A stretch of DNA of 64,000 nt from Promethearchaeota archaeon. Lineage in GTDB: Archaea; Asgardarchaeota; Lokiarchaeia; Sigyniarchaeales; SOKP01. Made by a program: the position numbers and the translations under genes. Position 1 is the stretch's first letter, and each line of letters starts with the position of its first letter. Below the pieces are notes generated by a model. That model did no database searches and had not been told where the DNA came from. It saw only the letters and a program-made list of their open reading frames with translations. Where the stretch lies: NCBI GenBank assembly GCA_029838195.1, contig JALGVJ010000002.1:96001-160000 (forward strand), in the 5' to 3' direction. This document shows positions 18,628 through 29,613 of this stretch, one piece after another.

Positions 18628-20832
18628 ATGAAGAGGATAAATTTTCCGTTTACAGCGATAATTGGACAAGATAAAATGAAGATAGCTTTAATTTTGAACG
18701 TGCTGGATCCGTTAATTGGAGGTGTTCTTCTTACGGGGCATCAAGGAACTGGAAAATCTACTGCTGTCCGATCTTTAGTGGATATAATGCCAAAAATAGA
18801 AGTGGTGAAAGATTGTCCCTTTTCTTGTGATCCTAATTCGAATTTAGATGAGCTCTGTGATGAGTGTAGAGAGAAAAAGGAAAAGGGAATCTTGGAAACC
18901 GAATGGAGAGAAATGGAATTAGTGAATCTTCCTTTAGGATGTACTGAAGATATGGTTTGCGGCTCTCTCTCAATTGACAAGGTGCTCACGAAAGGGGTTT
19001 CGGAGCTTCATCCGGGATTATTGGCAAAAGCAAATCGAGGAATCCTTTATATAGATGAGATCAATTTGCTTCAAGATCACATAGTGGATACACTTTTAGA
19101 TTCCGCTGCTTCGGGGGTAAATATTATTGAACGAGAAGGAATTTCGGTTATTCATCCTGCCCGATTCGTTTTGGTTGGAAGTATGAACCCTGAGGAAGGT
19201 GAATTACGTCCGCAAATAGCAGATCGCTTGGGATTAGAAGTAAAAATCGTTTCTCCTCGAAATCCGAAAATTAGAGCAGAAATTACAAAGAGGGTCATTG
19301 AATTTAATGACAATCCAAAAGAATTTATCAAGCAATTCGAAAAAGAACAAAAAGATTTAAAAGAGAGAATAATCCGGGCTCGTAAAATAATCAAGGAGGT
19401 TGAAATTCCAACTGCTGTCTACGAATTAGTTTCGAAAATTGTAGATGAATTAGAGATTTATTCGCAACGTGCGGATATCACTTTCATTCGGTGTGCGCGA
19501 GCTCATGCAGCATTCAATGGAAGAAAAAAAATTAATCAAGAGGATATTAACGTTGCCATGGATTTAGTTTTTGAACACCGAATTAAATCCCTTCATTATG
19601 AAATGACCCCTCAAGAGATTGAAGCAAAAATCACCGAGGTATATGGCAAAATAAGAGAAGCCATAGAAGATTTAAACGTTTACCAACCAAATAAGGAAAC
19701 AGAAGGCCCTTTAAAGCATACAGACGAACCGCAAAAAGAATTTCAGAGACAACCCATCGATCCGGATAAAGTTGACATACCTGAAACGAGAGAACAAAAA
19801 TTACCTCCTCCAAAGTATCCCGATAAAAAAGAAAGAGAAGCTAAACCAGCAGGGGGATGGAAAGTTAAGAATATTCCGAAGTACAAGGAGGATCTAAATT
19901 TTTTCGAAAATAAGATGGACGCACTTCCTTTAATTTATAATATGGAAAAACGCATGACCTCTATATTAAATAATTTAAGGAAAGACAGGAAGATTTCTAA
20001 TTATGGAGGTAGGGGCATAGGTAGGAGAATAAAGATGGTCTCTTCCCGGAAAGGCAGATACGTTTCTTATAGAATTCCAATTAATCATCAACCGAAATCG
20101 TTAGCCTTGGACGCAACCATTCGAACATTCTTTAAAAATCAAGTCTATAATCATACGAAAATCGATTTTCCCATTAAATTCGAAGAAAACGACTTGAGAG
20201 ATAAAATCTTTGAATATCGAGCACCCTTAGCTCTATTTTTTGTATTAGATAGTTCTGCCTCCATGTATTATGTCATCAAACAGATGACGGATGTCATTCT
20301 CTCCCTCCAAAAAGAAGGGTACAGAAAGCGTGATAAAATCGCATTAATCATATTTCGAGGTAAAGATGCAATAGTTTTACAAAAACCCACCGTCTCGTTT
20401 CAAAATGCGCTGCGCAAATTAAAAAACATTAAAGGAAAATCCTACACGCCAATGGCTGCAGGTTTAAATGAATGCCTCAAGCTCATTAAAATTGAGAAAT
20501 TGAAGAACCGAAACATCATTCCGGTAATTTTTATTTGTTCTGATTGTGGAGCTAACATCTCCGTTAAATATCCGGATCTCGTAGCCCAGGTAGAATCTGA
20601 TTACACTTTAATCGTGGAAGAATTAAATGACATCGCAAAAAAAATCGCAAAACACCGCATTCATTTAATTGTATTGGAACCAAAAAAATCCCAAGCCACG
20701 AGAGCTCTTGGAGTTCATCCTTACTCTGCAGAAATGATAAAAAAGAATTTTAAAAAACACGGAGCCGATATCTATCAATTTGACAGATATAATCCCTCTT
20801 CGCTTATTTTGGAACTTAAGAAAATCTTATGA
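18628..20832 (+). CDS. ChlI/ChlD-like chelatase subunit (AAA+ fused to vWA)
   Basis: FPFTAIIGQ, GHQGTGKST, PGLLAKANRGILYIDE, GSMNPEEGELRPQ, Pro-rich linker, MIDAS DSSAS. Confidence 0.9.
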   Translation: MKRINFPFTAIIGQDKMKIALILNVLDPLIGGVLLTGHQGTGKSTAVRSLVDIMPKIEVVKDCPFSCDPNSNLDELCDECREKKEKGILETEWREMELVNLPLGCTEDMVCGSLSIDKVLTKGVSELHPGLLAKANRGILYIDEINLLQDHIVDTLLDSAASGVNIIEREGISVIHPARFVLVGSMNPEEGELRPQIADRLGLEVKIVSPRNPKIRAEITKRVIEFNDNPKEFIKQFEKEQKDLKERIIRARKIIKEVEIPTAVYELVSKIVDELEIYSQRADITFIRCARAHAAFNGRKKINQEDINVAMDLVFEHRIKSLHYEMTPQEIEAKITEVYGKIREAIEDLNVYQPNKETEGPLKHTDEPQKEFQRQPIDPDKVDIPETREQKLPPPKYPDKKEREAKPAGGWKVKNIPKYKEDLNFFENKMDALPLIYNMEKRMTSILNNLRKDRKISNYGGRGIGRRIKMVSSRKGRYVSYRIPINHQPKSLALDATIRTFFKNQVYNHTKIDFPIKFEENDLRDKIFEYRAPLALFFVLDSSASMYYVIKQMTDVILSLQKEGYRKRDKIALIIFRGKDAIVLQKPTVSFQNALRKLKNIKGKSYTPMAAGLNECLKLIKIEKLKNRNIIPVIFICSDCGANISVKYPDLVAQVESDYTLIVEELNDIAKKIAKHRIHLIVLEPKKSQATRALGVHPYSAEMIKKNFKKHGADIYQFDRYNPSSLILELKKIL

Positions 20833-20894
20833 GGGATATTTTTTTATTATAAAACACTCATTTTTCCACGAATGGTATTTCGTAGTTCTATCTC

Positions 20895-22169
20895 ATGAAG
20901 CAAGTAAAAAAAAAATCCGTATTAGTAGTAGGATTTAATTCCCGTCCTTTAGTTTCTTCTTTAAAACAAGCAGGATATGAAATATATGTCGTAGATTTTT
21001 TTGGAGACTTAGATCTTTATCCGCTCGTAAAAGATAGTATCATTTTAACAAAAGAATTAGGTAAAAACTATTCACTTTTGAGAAAAGACTACGGTAAATT
21101 CTTAACTTCTTATACTATTGAAATGATGCTAAAATATCGGTTTATTGATTATTTAATCATAGGAAGTGGGTTAGATGATGGTTTTGAGGAAAGAGATTTA
21201 ATTCTCAATGCGATAAAAGAAAACGAATTAACTATCACGTATATTAATAATGATACCCGCGTGGTTAAAAATACCAGAAATATTATCAAACTCCATGAAA
21301 TATTAAAAAAAAATGGATTTCATGTTCCCAAAACAGTTTCCTTTATTGCATATAAAAAAAATCAAACCTCATTAGAGTATCCGCTGGTATTGAAGAAAAA
21401 AACGGGTAGTGGGGGCGTGAATGTATATAAATTTGAAAATGAACGTGAATTAAACTTCTTAATTAAAAGATTTTCAATTTCCAATGATTTTAAGCCGGAA
21501 GAATGGTTTGTTCAAGAATATTTAAAAGGAATCCCCGTGAGCTGTACAATAATCTCAAATGGAAAAGAGAGTAAAGTAGTGTCAATTAACCGCCAAATAA
21601 TTGGGTTAAATTATTTAAATCCACCTAGTGAGTTCATGTATTGTGGGAATATCGTGCCGGCGAACTTATTAAAGAGTGATGATGAAAAAATTGCTAAAAT
21701 ATCGCTCTTTTTATCAAAACATCTTGGTTTAAAGGGGATTAATGGATTTGATTTTGTTTTAAAAAATCATCAACCATATTTCATGGAGATAAATCCAAGA
21801 ATTCCCGGTTCAATCAACGCTTCCGAAGCGGCTTTAAATTTAAATTTATTAGATCTGCATCTTAAATCGTTTGATGACAATAAATGGGAAGAAATAAGTG
21901 AAATTTTTGATAAAGTCCAACCCAAGCAATTTGCAACTAAATTAATTTTCTTTTCCCCTCATGCAATATCCGAACAGAAAATAGAACAAATTAATTGCTT
22001 AAAACACCTACATGATAAGACCATTCCGGAAAAACGTGCAAATAAAGGAGAGCCTTTATGCACGATTCTTCATGTAAATAATTCATTTAATTCTTCATTT
22101 TTTGGAGCTTTAAAAATTGTTGATAAGATCTATGAGATCCTTGAAAATAGGCCCTCCTTAAAAAACTAA
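20895..22169 (+). CDS. ATP-grasp carboxylate-amine ligase (COG2232-like, associated with C1-cofactor biosynthesis)
   Basis: VDFFGDLD, KKKTGSGG, QEYLKG, YCGN, GINGFDF, MEINPR. Confidence 0.8.
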   Translation: MKQVKKKSVLVVGFNSRPLVSSLKQAGYEIYVVDFFGDLDLYPLVKDSIILTKELGKNYSLLRKDYGKFLTSYTIEMMLKYRFIDYLIIGSGLDDGFEERDLILNAIKENELTITYINNDTRVVKNTRNIIKLHEILKKNGFHVPKTVSFIAYKKNQTSLEYPLVLKKKTGSGGVNVYKFENERELNFLIKRFSISNDFKPEEWFVQEYLKGIPVSCTIISNGKESKVVSINRQIIGLNYLNPPSEFMYCGNIVPANLLKSDDEKIAKISLFLSKHLGLKGINGFDFVLKNHQPYFMEINPRIPGSINASEAALNLNLLDLHLKSFDDNKWEEISEIFDKVQPKQFATKLIFFSPHAISEQKIEQINCLKHLHDKTIPEKRANKGEPLCTILHVNNSFNSSFFGALKIVDKIYEILENRPSLKN

Positions 22170-22283
22170 AGATATCGCCTTAAAAAACTCGTACGGTTAT
22201 CAAATAAACAATATTGAATTTTATTCTTTTAATTTATTTTTTGAAACTTTAACAAGAGAAATCATTAAATTTAGGAAAAGAAA

Positions 22284-23027
22284 TTAGGCCTTAATTATAT
22301 TTTTGATTCGAACAATGTAACTTCCTAATTTTTCTTTTGCAGGAACAGCAATACATAAAAGCCTTCTCTCGTCAATACTATGGATGATAATTGACCCTTG
22401 TTCTCCGGAAATAATTGAATATTCCAGATCTTTAGTTTGTAATAAAATGTCAGACAAATTAAAAAGGGCTGAAACCATCGCCGAAATCATCGGTTCTGGC
22501 ATGGCACTCTGAATTCTTATGGGAAGTCCATCTCGAGTCATGATAGCAATAAAACTAAGATCAGGGATGGCTCGCTTTAAAGCTTTAAAAATTTCTTCTT
22601 TAATTAATTCGGAGGTTTCGATATAAGCAGAAATCTGTAAAGCAAAATTTTCTAAACGCTTCACGTACAGATCAAGCCCTTCTAACTCAGCCAATTCACG
22701 ATTCAAATACGCAACAAGGGTGATATTTTCCGTTAAATAGCTGAGAATTATGCGTTCTTTTCCGGTAATGATATCATGAGAAATTTTTTGATTTAAGGAA
22801 TCTCTGATTAATTTCGAAGAGAGAAAAAGCAAACTGCTTGTTGCGGCTGAAATTTCATCTTCTCTTAATTTCGGGGAATATTGTTCTTTAAAATGACTCG
22901 CAATTGGAGAACCACCTTGCGTGCCGATGTTAATACCTAATAAAGCAGAGTTTTCAGATAATTCTTTTTTAATTAAATTTTCAATCTCTAGATTAATCTG
23001 TTCAAAATTTTCCTTATCAATCTCCAT
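22284..23027 (-). CDS. Tandem roadblock/LC7 (LAMTOR-like) domain protein
   Basis: Two units: GTQGGSPIAS...EISAATSSL and MTRDGLPI...MISAMVSAL...IISGEQGSIII. Confidence 0.85.
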   Translation of the reverse strand: MEIDKENFEQINLEIENLIKKELSENSALLGINIGTQGGSPIASHFKEQYSPKLREDEISAATSSLLFLSSKLIRDSLNQKISHDIITGKERIILSYLTENITLVAYLNRELAELEGLDLYVKRLENFALQISAYIETSELIKEEIFKALKRAIPDLSFIAIMTRDGLPIRIQSAMPEPMISAMVSALFNLSDILLQTKDLEYSIISGEQGSIIIHSIDERRLLCIAVPAKEKLGSYIVRIKNIIKA

Positions 23028-23146
23028 ATAAAGAAAAAAATAAATTCGGATATTTATATATATTCAAATCCAAAAAAATTCTATTGAATCATGAGTTAAA
23101 AATACTTATAAAATTTATTTTAATTTCCTTTTCTTTTCGAACTAAA

Positions 23147-24250
23147 ATGATGGTAATTGTTTTAGCAGCAGGATTAGCTACAAGACTCCGTCCACTTTCG
23201 AATCGAATACCAAAACCTTTAATTGATATTTCCGGAAAACCTCTCATAACTCGAATTATTCATGCGTTTAAAAATGCCGGTTTGAAGGATTTTTTAATTT
23301 TAACGGGTTATAAAGCTAATTTAATAAAAAATGAAATAAAGAAAATTAAAGGAATTAATACTTTTTACGCGAATCAAGAAAAACAAGCAGGAATGGCGGA
23401 TGCTTTATTATTATGTCTTGAGTATTTAAAGGAAAAAAATGGCTATCTTTCAGATTTTTTTCTTACAGCTTCGGATATTCTATTTTCTCCAAACGTTATC
23501 CAATTGATGCAAGAATGCCATGTTTCGACGAATTCTGATGGAATCCTTACACTGATGGAATCAAAAAATGAATTCATAGCACGATCTCATGGAAATGTTA
23601 AATTATCAGGTATAAATGTTATTAAAATCGGAAATTATTCCCAAATTCTATGGAATGTAGCAGATATTATAGAAAAACCTGAACCTCACCAAATTTTAAG
23701 TGATCTGTACTCTTTACCTCTTTATATATTTACACCCGGTATTTATGAACCATTAAAAAAAGTAAAACCTTCGCTTCGAGGGGAAAAAGAGCTCCAAGAC
23801 GCCATTAAACTAATGATTAGAGATAATGCAAGAATTTTTGGTTTAAAAATAATAGAAGAACTCATCACGCCAGAGAATATTGGAAAATATCATCTCACCT
23901 ACTTGCGAGATATCCAACAAATGAATTTTCAATTCCTTTCAAATATTTTTGTTAAAACTAAAAGGAAAAATTTACCTAAGATTCAGAAACCCGCATTAAT
24001 CGAAGAAAAAGTAAAAATCGGGGAAAATGTATCTTTAGGCCCAAATGTCATTGTAAAAAAAGGAGCGGTAATACAAAATAATTGTAAGATTTCTAATTCT
24101 ATTTTATATGAAAGGAGCAAGATAAATCCATCATGTGAGATAAATGGTTGCATAATAGATGAGAAAATAAAGATTCCTCCTAATCTACACGTGAATAACA
24201 AGTTTTTATACATGGATGAAGAGGGAAATTTAAAAAGCAAGGATTTATGA
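23147..24250 (+). CDS. Sugar-1-phosphate nucleotidyltransferase with short hexapeptide-repeat tail
   Basis: LAAGLATRLRP...PKPL, EKP, RGEKELQDA; start moved from TTG 23084 to ATG 23147. Confidence 0.88.
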   Translation: MMVIVLAAGLATRLRPLSNRIPKPLIDISGKPLITRIIHAFKNAGLKDFLILTGYKANLIKNEIKKIKGINTFYANQEKQAGMADALLLCLEYLKEKNGYLSDFFLTASDILFSPNVIQLMQECHVSTNSDGILTLMESKNEFIARSHGNVKLSGINVIKIGNYSQILWNVADIIEKPEPHQILSDLYSLPLYIFTPGIYEPLKKVKPSLRGEKELQDAIKLMIRDNARIFGLKIIEELITPENIGKYHLTYLRDIQQMNFQFLSNIFVKTKRKNLPKIQKPALIEEKVKIGENVSLGPNVIVKKGAVIQNNCKISNSILYERSKINPSCEINGCIIDEKIKIPPNLHVNNKFLYMDEEGNLKSKDL

Positions 24251-24391
24251 AAATATTAAATGTTAATCAAAAGGTTTTAATCTAGTCTATATTTTTTAAT
24301 CATGAGCGATATAATCATTATAAGATTTTTTTCAAATTATCATCAAATTTATTATAAAAAATTTAAAAAAAGTGAAAGATCTAGAGAAATA

Positions 24392-25225
24392 ATGGAAGAT
24401 TTAAAAATTCAAATTGAACTCAAGGATAAAATGATTAAAACACTTCAAGACTCCATTAAATTAAAAGAAGATCAAATTGCAACGTTAATGGATTCCTTAT
24501 CGTTAAAAGATAAACAATTGGAATCGTTGCAAGCCTCCTTGGAAAAAAAAGATGAAAAAATAAAAGCTTTAGAAGAAACGTTAGAAATAAAAAAAGAAGA
24601 ATTAAAAAAGCTAAGTTCTGCTACTATTATTGACGATGCTGTACTTAATGAAAAAGATGAATTAATAGAAGAGTTAAATAATAAAATTGAAATCTTAAAT
24701 CAAGAATTAGAAAAATCTGATGAAGAAATAGAAAAGTTGAAACTAGCAAATCAACTGTTAAAAGAAAACAAAAAGGAGAGCGCTTCATCAACTTCTCAAA
24801 TCATTAATTATACTCATTATGAGTTGTCCCGCGATGATATTCTTTCTTACATGAAAAAGATTTTAGATCAAGCACTTCATAAGGTAATCATCACGACTCC
24901 AACCATAACTGATCTACAAGAACTCTATTTATATGAGATTAAATCTTCAGTTAGCATGAGCATTTCTTGTTTCATTGATCAAAGTAATCCCGACGATATG
25001 GAACTTTTAGAAGAATTTGAACACTTCGATAATATCAATATCAGACATTTCGAAGAAAAAGATCGCTACATGATGTTAAAAGACGGAGAAGAATTACTCT
25101 TGGGTATAATCGGAGAAAATAATTCTAATATTCTCATTTTTCACACGTTAGATCCAAAACACGTGAAAACCCTTAATTCCCTTGCTATTGATAGCTGGGT
25201 ACGCAGTAAAAAAATTGTATTTTAG
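24392..25225 (+). CDS. Coiled-coil protein with C-terminal TrmB-C/PLD-like domain
   Basis: 14-aa repeats LKDxxIxxLxxSLx; ILDQALHKVIITTP...KDGEELLLG...W; start could alternatively be 24302. Confidence 0.6.
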   Translation: MEDLKIQIELKDKMIKTLQDSIKLKEDQIATLMDSLSLKDKQLESLQASLEKKDEKIKALEETLEIKKEELKKLSSATIIDDAVLNEKDELIEELNNKIEILNQELEKSDEEIEKLKLANQLLKENKKESASSTSQIINYTHYELSRDDILSYMKKILDQALHKVIITTPTITDLQELYLYEIKSSVSMSISCFIDQSNPDDMELLEEFEHFDNINIRHFEEKDRYMMLKDGEELLLGIIGENNSNILIFHTLDPKHVKTLNSLAIDSWVRSKKIVF

Positions 25226-25352
25226 CTTCTTATTGGAGGGAAATCTTTCAATTCCCTCGATGGCTTGTTATTTATTAATCTTTGCAATTATAAGAAGCAA
25301 AAAAAGAAAAACCATATAATTCCTATATTTTAAAAGATTAAGTGTCCAATTA

Positions 25353-26192
25353 TTATAATTCAATAAATGTCCTCTTCCTTTCGTGAAAATGAGCTAATTG
25401 TGTATATCCTATCTCCATAACGATTTTTCTTAACTCATTAAATCTATAACCGACCTCTGCAGGATCGTGAGAATCCGAGCCAAATATTATGGGAATGTCA
25501 AGCTCATGCATGATTTCAATATATTCTCGAGAGGGATACGGCTCTTTTACCTCTTTTCTAAATCCTCCTGAATTTATTTCTATGACTTTATCCTTTTTCT
25601 TAATTATCTCTAAAAGTTCTATTGCTTTTTCTTTTATTTTTTCCTTGTCGTAAGGGTGTTTATTAAACTTTTTAGGTAAATCAAAATGGGCAATAATATC
25701 AAAATCAAAGTTTTTTGAGAGGAGCATTTTTTTCATTTTGTTGAAATATTCCATGTAAACGGTATCATTCCCATAAAATTCATATTTATGCATGTATCTG
25801 GTATCATCTAAACACCAGATTCCTTCTTTTGGTTCTAAAAAATGGATGGAGCCTAAGATATAATCTAGTTCTTTTTTCCATTTTGAAAGATAACGATTCA
25901 ATAAAGATTCTTGCCCCTCAAAATAATCAATTTCAAACCCGATTCTAATTTGAATTTCCTCGTGAAATTCTTGTTTTAACTTTTTAGCATCTGAAATGTA
26001 ATCTGAAATTTCTTCCAATGTCATACTATATTCTTTGTAAGGAATATCTTTTAACTGATAAATTTCATAAGGAAAGTGGTCACTAAACCCAATGGTGTCA
26101 ATCTTTTTAGAAACAGCAGCTTTTACGTATTTTCTTAAAGGACCTACCGCATGTCGGCATAAATAATTATGAGTGTGCCAATCTTCAATCAA
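25353..26192 (-). CDS. hisJ: Histidinol-phosphatase, PHP (HisJ/HisK) family
   Basis: DWHTH...CRHA, GFSDH, GFEID, GSIH, AHFD, GSDSH. Confidence 0.9.
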   Translation of the reverse strand: MIEDWHTHNYLCRHAVGPLRKYVKAAVSKKIDTIGFSDHFPYEIYQLKDIPYKEYSMTLEEISDYISDAKKLKQEFHEEIQIRIGFEIDYFEGQESLLNRYLSKWKKELDYILGSIHFLEPKEGIWCLDDTRYMHKYEFYGNDTVYMEYFNKMKKMLLSKNFDFDIIAHFDLPKKFNKHPYDKEKIKEKAIELLEIIKKKDKVIEINSGGFRKEVKEPYPSREYIEIMHELDIPIIFGSDSHDPAEVGYRFNELRKIVMEIGYTQLAHFHERKRTFIEL

Positions 26193-26322
26193 GATTTTTA
26201 AAACCCGTGTATTTATTATAAAAAAGTTAAGAAAAAATGCTTTTAATGACTATCAGTTAATGCATACCATTAATAGAAAGCAAAAAAGTTTATGATCAGT
26301 ATTGAAAAATAGGGGAATTTAA

Positions 26323-27120
26323 ATGGAATTTAGTGAAAAGCAATTTGATGGACCTTATGAGGTCATTGGGATTGAAATAAATATTGAAGGAGAAATGCTT
26401 CGAGGAGTCTTATACTTGCCTCCCTCACCTTATGAAAAACCTCATCCTATCATCATTTATTTTCATGGTTTTCCTCAATTAACACCTTTTCAAGATATTG
26501 CTAAAGAATATAGTTTTCTCCTTAATATGGGATATGTACTTTTAATTTTTAATTTTAGAGGCTACCAAATTAGTGATGGAAAAGTTTCCCTTAAATCCCA
26601 GCTGCAAGATGCTTTTCATGTTTTAATTTTCACCAACAAATTGGCAGAGGAATCTTTAATTCAAAAAGAAAACATAAATATTATTGCCCATGATTTAGGA
26701 GGTTTTATAGCTTGCATCTGTTGTAAGGAGCGTCCTATAAATAAATTGTTATTGTTAAATCCAATTTTAAATTTAAGTCGACACGTACATGATGAAAGAT
26801 TTAAAGATTCCTTGAAATACATTAATCATTTTTTACCAGGACATGTAAGAGGGATAGAGGATGTTGAATATTTCGTTAAAATGACGAAAGAAGAACTTTC
26901 TGATCTGCAATTTAAATTTGACACGTTGCGAGTAAATGAATTTTTAATAATTCTTGGAGATAATGACAAGATTACTCCGCTTTCAGAAGTAAATGCAGTT
27001 TTTCACGAAATCAATCAAAAATTTAAATTAATTACCATTCCAAATATGGATCATGAGTGTCTAAATGATGAAGAATTAGAACAAATGAAAAAAGAAATTA
27101 AAAAATTTTTTACAAGTTAA
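26323..27120 (+). CDS. Alpha/beta-hydrolase fold protein
   Basis: YFHGFP, FNFRG, AHDLGG elbow, GDND, MDH. Confidence 0.8.
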   Translation: MEFSEKQFDGPYEVIGIEINIEGEMLRGVLYLPPSPYEKPHPIIIYFHGFPQLTPFQDIAKEYSFLLNMGYVLLIFNFRGYQISDGKVSLKSQLQDAFHVLIFTNKLAEESLIQKENINIIAHDLGGFIACICCKERPINKLLLLNPILNLSRHVHDERFKDSLKYINHFLPGHVRGIEDVEYFVKMTKEELSDLQFKFDTLRVNEFLIILGDNDKITPLSEVNAVFHEINQKFKLITIPNMDHECLNDEELEQMKKEIKKFFTS

Positions 27121-27176
27121 ACACGTTCATGAATAAATGTGGAAATTAGACTTTTAAATGATTTTAGCTTAAGCAC

Positions 27177-28328
27177 ATGAATGAAAACAAAAAAAACTTA
27201 GAGGATTTTATTCACTTTTCCACTATATTGGAAGAAAGTAATGATGAAGCTACAAGATTGAAATGTCTTGTTAAACTAATTAACTTTAATATTGAATCCG
27301 AAAAACTCATGAAAATTTTAGAGGATTTAATCATCTCTGAAGAAAGTGAATTGATCCGGGGAAAAGCCTTGGAATTTTTTTATGAAAAATTTGTCGATAT
27401 TAAAATAGATCCTTTAGAGTGGTCAATCCAAAATGATGATTCCCCTTCAATTCTATGTTTACATGAGAAATTATTAAATAGGTTCTTAGGGGATAAAGCT
27501 AACAAATTAAGATCTCTTATCCATGAGAGATATAAAAAAATTGCTGCTCTCTTTCGTATTTCCCCAGAAGAAATAAAATTTTTCCACGATTTAGGCATCA
27601 ATTTCAATTTAAATAAAAATTATCTCACGGATTCCTACATGGAATTTTATCTCCAAAAAAACATCGCATTTGGAGTTGAAAACAACCATGTTAAAGTTTT
27701 AACTATATCATTTTTTAATCAAATTCCAAAAACTATAAAAAATTTACCGTATCTTGAGCATCTGGATTTAAGTTGTAATTATTTGACAGATTTACCTAAA
27801 GAATTGACCTCTCTAAGGCGGCTGCAATTTTTAGGATTGAATTGGAATAAATTTGATCACGTGCCTATGGTACTTAAAGATTCACGTGTAAACGAAAATT
27901 TAGTGCTAGAAATGAATCATAATAACATTAAAGAAATTCCAGAATGGTTAGTTAATGTAAAAAATTTAAAATCGCTTTTACTTCGAAATAATAAAATTAA
28001 CACTTTCCACGTTCCAAGATCGAATTCAACTAAATTAGAATATCTTGATCTCAGTAATAATAAAATTTCCGAAATTCCCTTAATTTCGAAAACCTTGCAA
28101 AATTTAAAAGTATTAATCCTAAATCATAATTTAATTGCAGGCATCCCTGAAGATTTTTCCAATTTTCACTCGCTTGAAAAATTAGAATTACAGAATAATC
28201 AAATTAAAACCGTTCCAAAATTTATTCTTGATTTAAATAATTTAAAAATTCTGAATTTACGACATAATCCAATCAAGAAAAAAAGCGAGCTTTTAAAAAG
28301 AAGCAATGGACTTAAAATCATGATTTAA
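27177..28328 (+). CDS. Leucine-rich repeat protein with N-terminal HEAT-like helices
   Basis: About 9 LxxLxLxxNxI/LxxxP repeats. Confidence 0.9.
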   Translation: MNENKKNLEDFIHFSTILEESNDEATRLKCLVKLINFNIESEKLMKILEDLIISEESELIRGKALEFFYEKFVDIKIDPLEWSIQNDDSPSILCLHEKLLNRFLGDKANKLRSLIHERYKKIAALFRISPEEIKFFHDLGINFNLNKNYLTDSYMEFYLQKNIAFGVENNHVKVLTISFFNQIPKTIKNLPYLEHLDLSCNYLTDLPKELTSLRRLQFLGLNWNKFDHVPMVLKDSRVNENLVLEMNHNNIKEIPEWLVNVKNLKSLLLRNNKINTFHVPRSNSTKLEYLDLSNNKISEIPLISKTLQNLKVLILNHNLIAGIPEDFSNFHSLEKLELQNNQIKTVPKFILDLNNLKILNLRHNPIKKKSELLKRSNGLKIMI

Positions 28329-28672
28329 TAAAATTTCAAGGAGTATAACTTTTCTTTCTCTTTTTTTAAGAAAAATATTATTTTTAATGAAGTATTTCAT
28401 GTTAGGAATGATTGAAAGCCCCTTAAATCTCTCATAATGGTTCTAATAATGCTCAGGAGACAAAAAAAATAAAAAAACGATTTGGTAAAAATAAAGAATT
28501 GGTAAGAAGGAGTTGAAAAAGGAGAAAATAAGCAAAAAAAAAGTGAACATGTTTAAATTATTTTTAATATCCCAAAAAAAAAGGCTATATCTCTTTTTAT
28601 TTCATTTTCAAATCTCTCCATAAATTTGAAAATTTTTTTTGGGTTGGACCGTGTCCTTCGAATGTTTCACCA

Positions 28673-29419
28673 TTACATTTTTAATTGGCTGGAAAGAATA
28701 AAGATTGATCCCATAATCCAAATAAGTCTTCCTAAAGTAAACCAAATTATCGTATTTGTCACGATTCCCAATCCTAAAATGGTCGCAAAATAAATAATTC
28801 CAATGGGAAGTAAGGAAATTCCAATTATAAGTCTATTCATGCGGACTTTTAATGCTTGATTATCCGTTCCTTTTTTAACTCGATTTAATGACATGATCGA
28901 AAGAATGTAAAGGATGGTTGGAAATAACATGAGAGCACCAAAGAAAAGATTTATATTCGTTGCTACAATGACCATGGAAGCAGATTCCCACTCTGAAGGC
29001 GGGAGCACGTTTCCTTCCACATTTCGAACGTAGATGGATTCGTTCGTGATCATTAGGATTCCAAGCACGTAGAATATAGTCCCAACTATTATAATTTTCT
29101 TTCTATTAATCGCTTTTACTGAATGTTCTATTATTTGGGTGGCAATGTAAATTAAATAAGCGAATGTAATAGCTGCAAAAATTTGAATATCTCGTACAAC
29201 ATTTACGACTTGTAACATTAAAACGCTATCTGCACCATGCGTCCAGATGATTAAATCAGAAATTGTATAAATATTCCAAGACCACATTGCACTTCCAAAT
29301 AATTTATTAACGATATAGGCTCTTTTTTTATAAATTATTATCCCCGTGATGAAAAAGCAAAAAATTTCGATAAATTTAGGGATGTATAACCAATATTCAA
29401 CGGGATCATAGACTGGCAT
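28673..29419 (-). CDS. Seven-TM membrane protein (HisKA_7TM-like sensor module), function unknown
   Basis: Seven hydrophobic segments; no soluble output domain. Confidence 0.55.
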   Translation of the reverse strand: MPVYDPVEYWLYIPKFIEIFCFFITGIIIYKKRAYIVNKLFGSAMWSWNIYTISDLIIWTHGADSVLMLQVVNVVRDIQIFAAITFAYLIYIATQIIEHSVKAINRKKIIIVGTIFYVLGILMITNESIYVRNVEGNVLPPSEWESASMVIVATNINLFFGALMLFPTILYILSIMSLNRVKKGTDNQALKVRMNRLIIGISLLPIGIIYFATILGLGIVTNTIIWFTLGRLIWIMGSIFILSSQLKM

Positions 29420-29613
29420 TAATTCATCTAAATGAAAATCAGAATTTATTTTTTGTTTTTATAAATCATAATGATAAATAGCGCCCCTTAGTTCTTTTAA
29501 ATCACTCTTCATTTCTAATGATAACATGATCCTTAAAAATTCTCATGGAAAAAATTCTTAAATTATAATATGAATTATAAGAAATATTCAATAGTTAAAT
29601 CACGGAAAACAAG

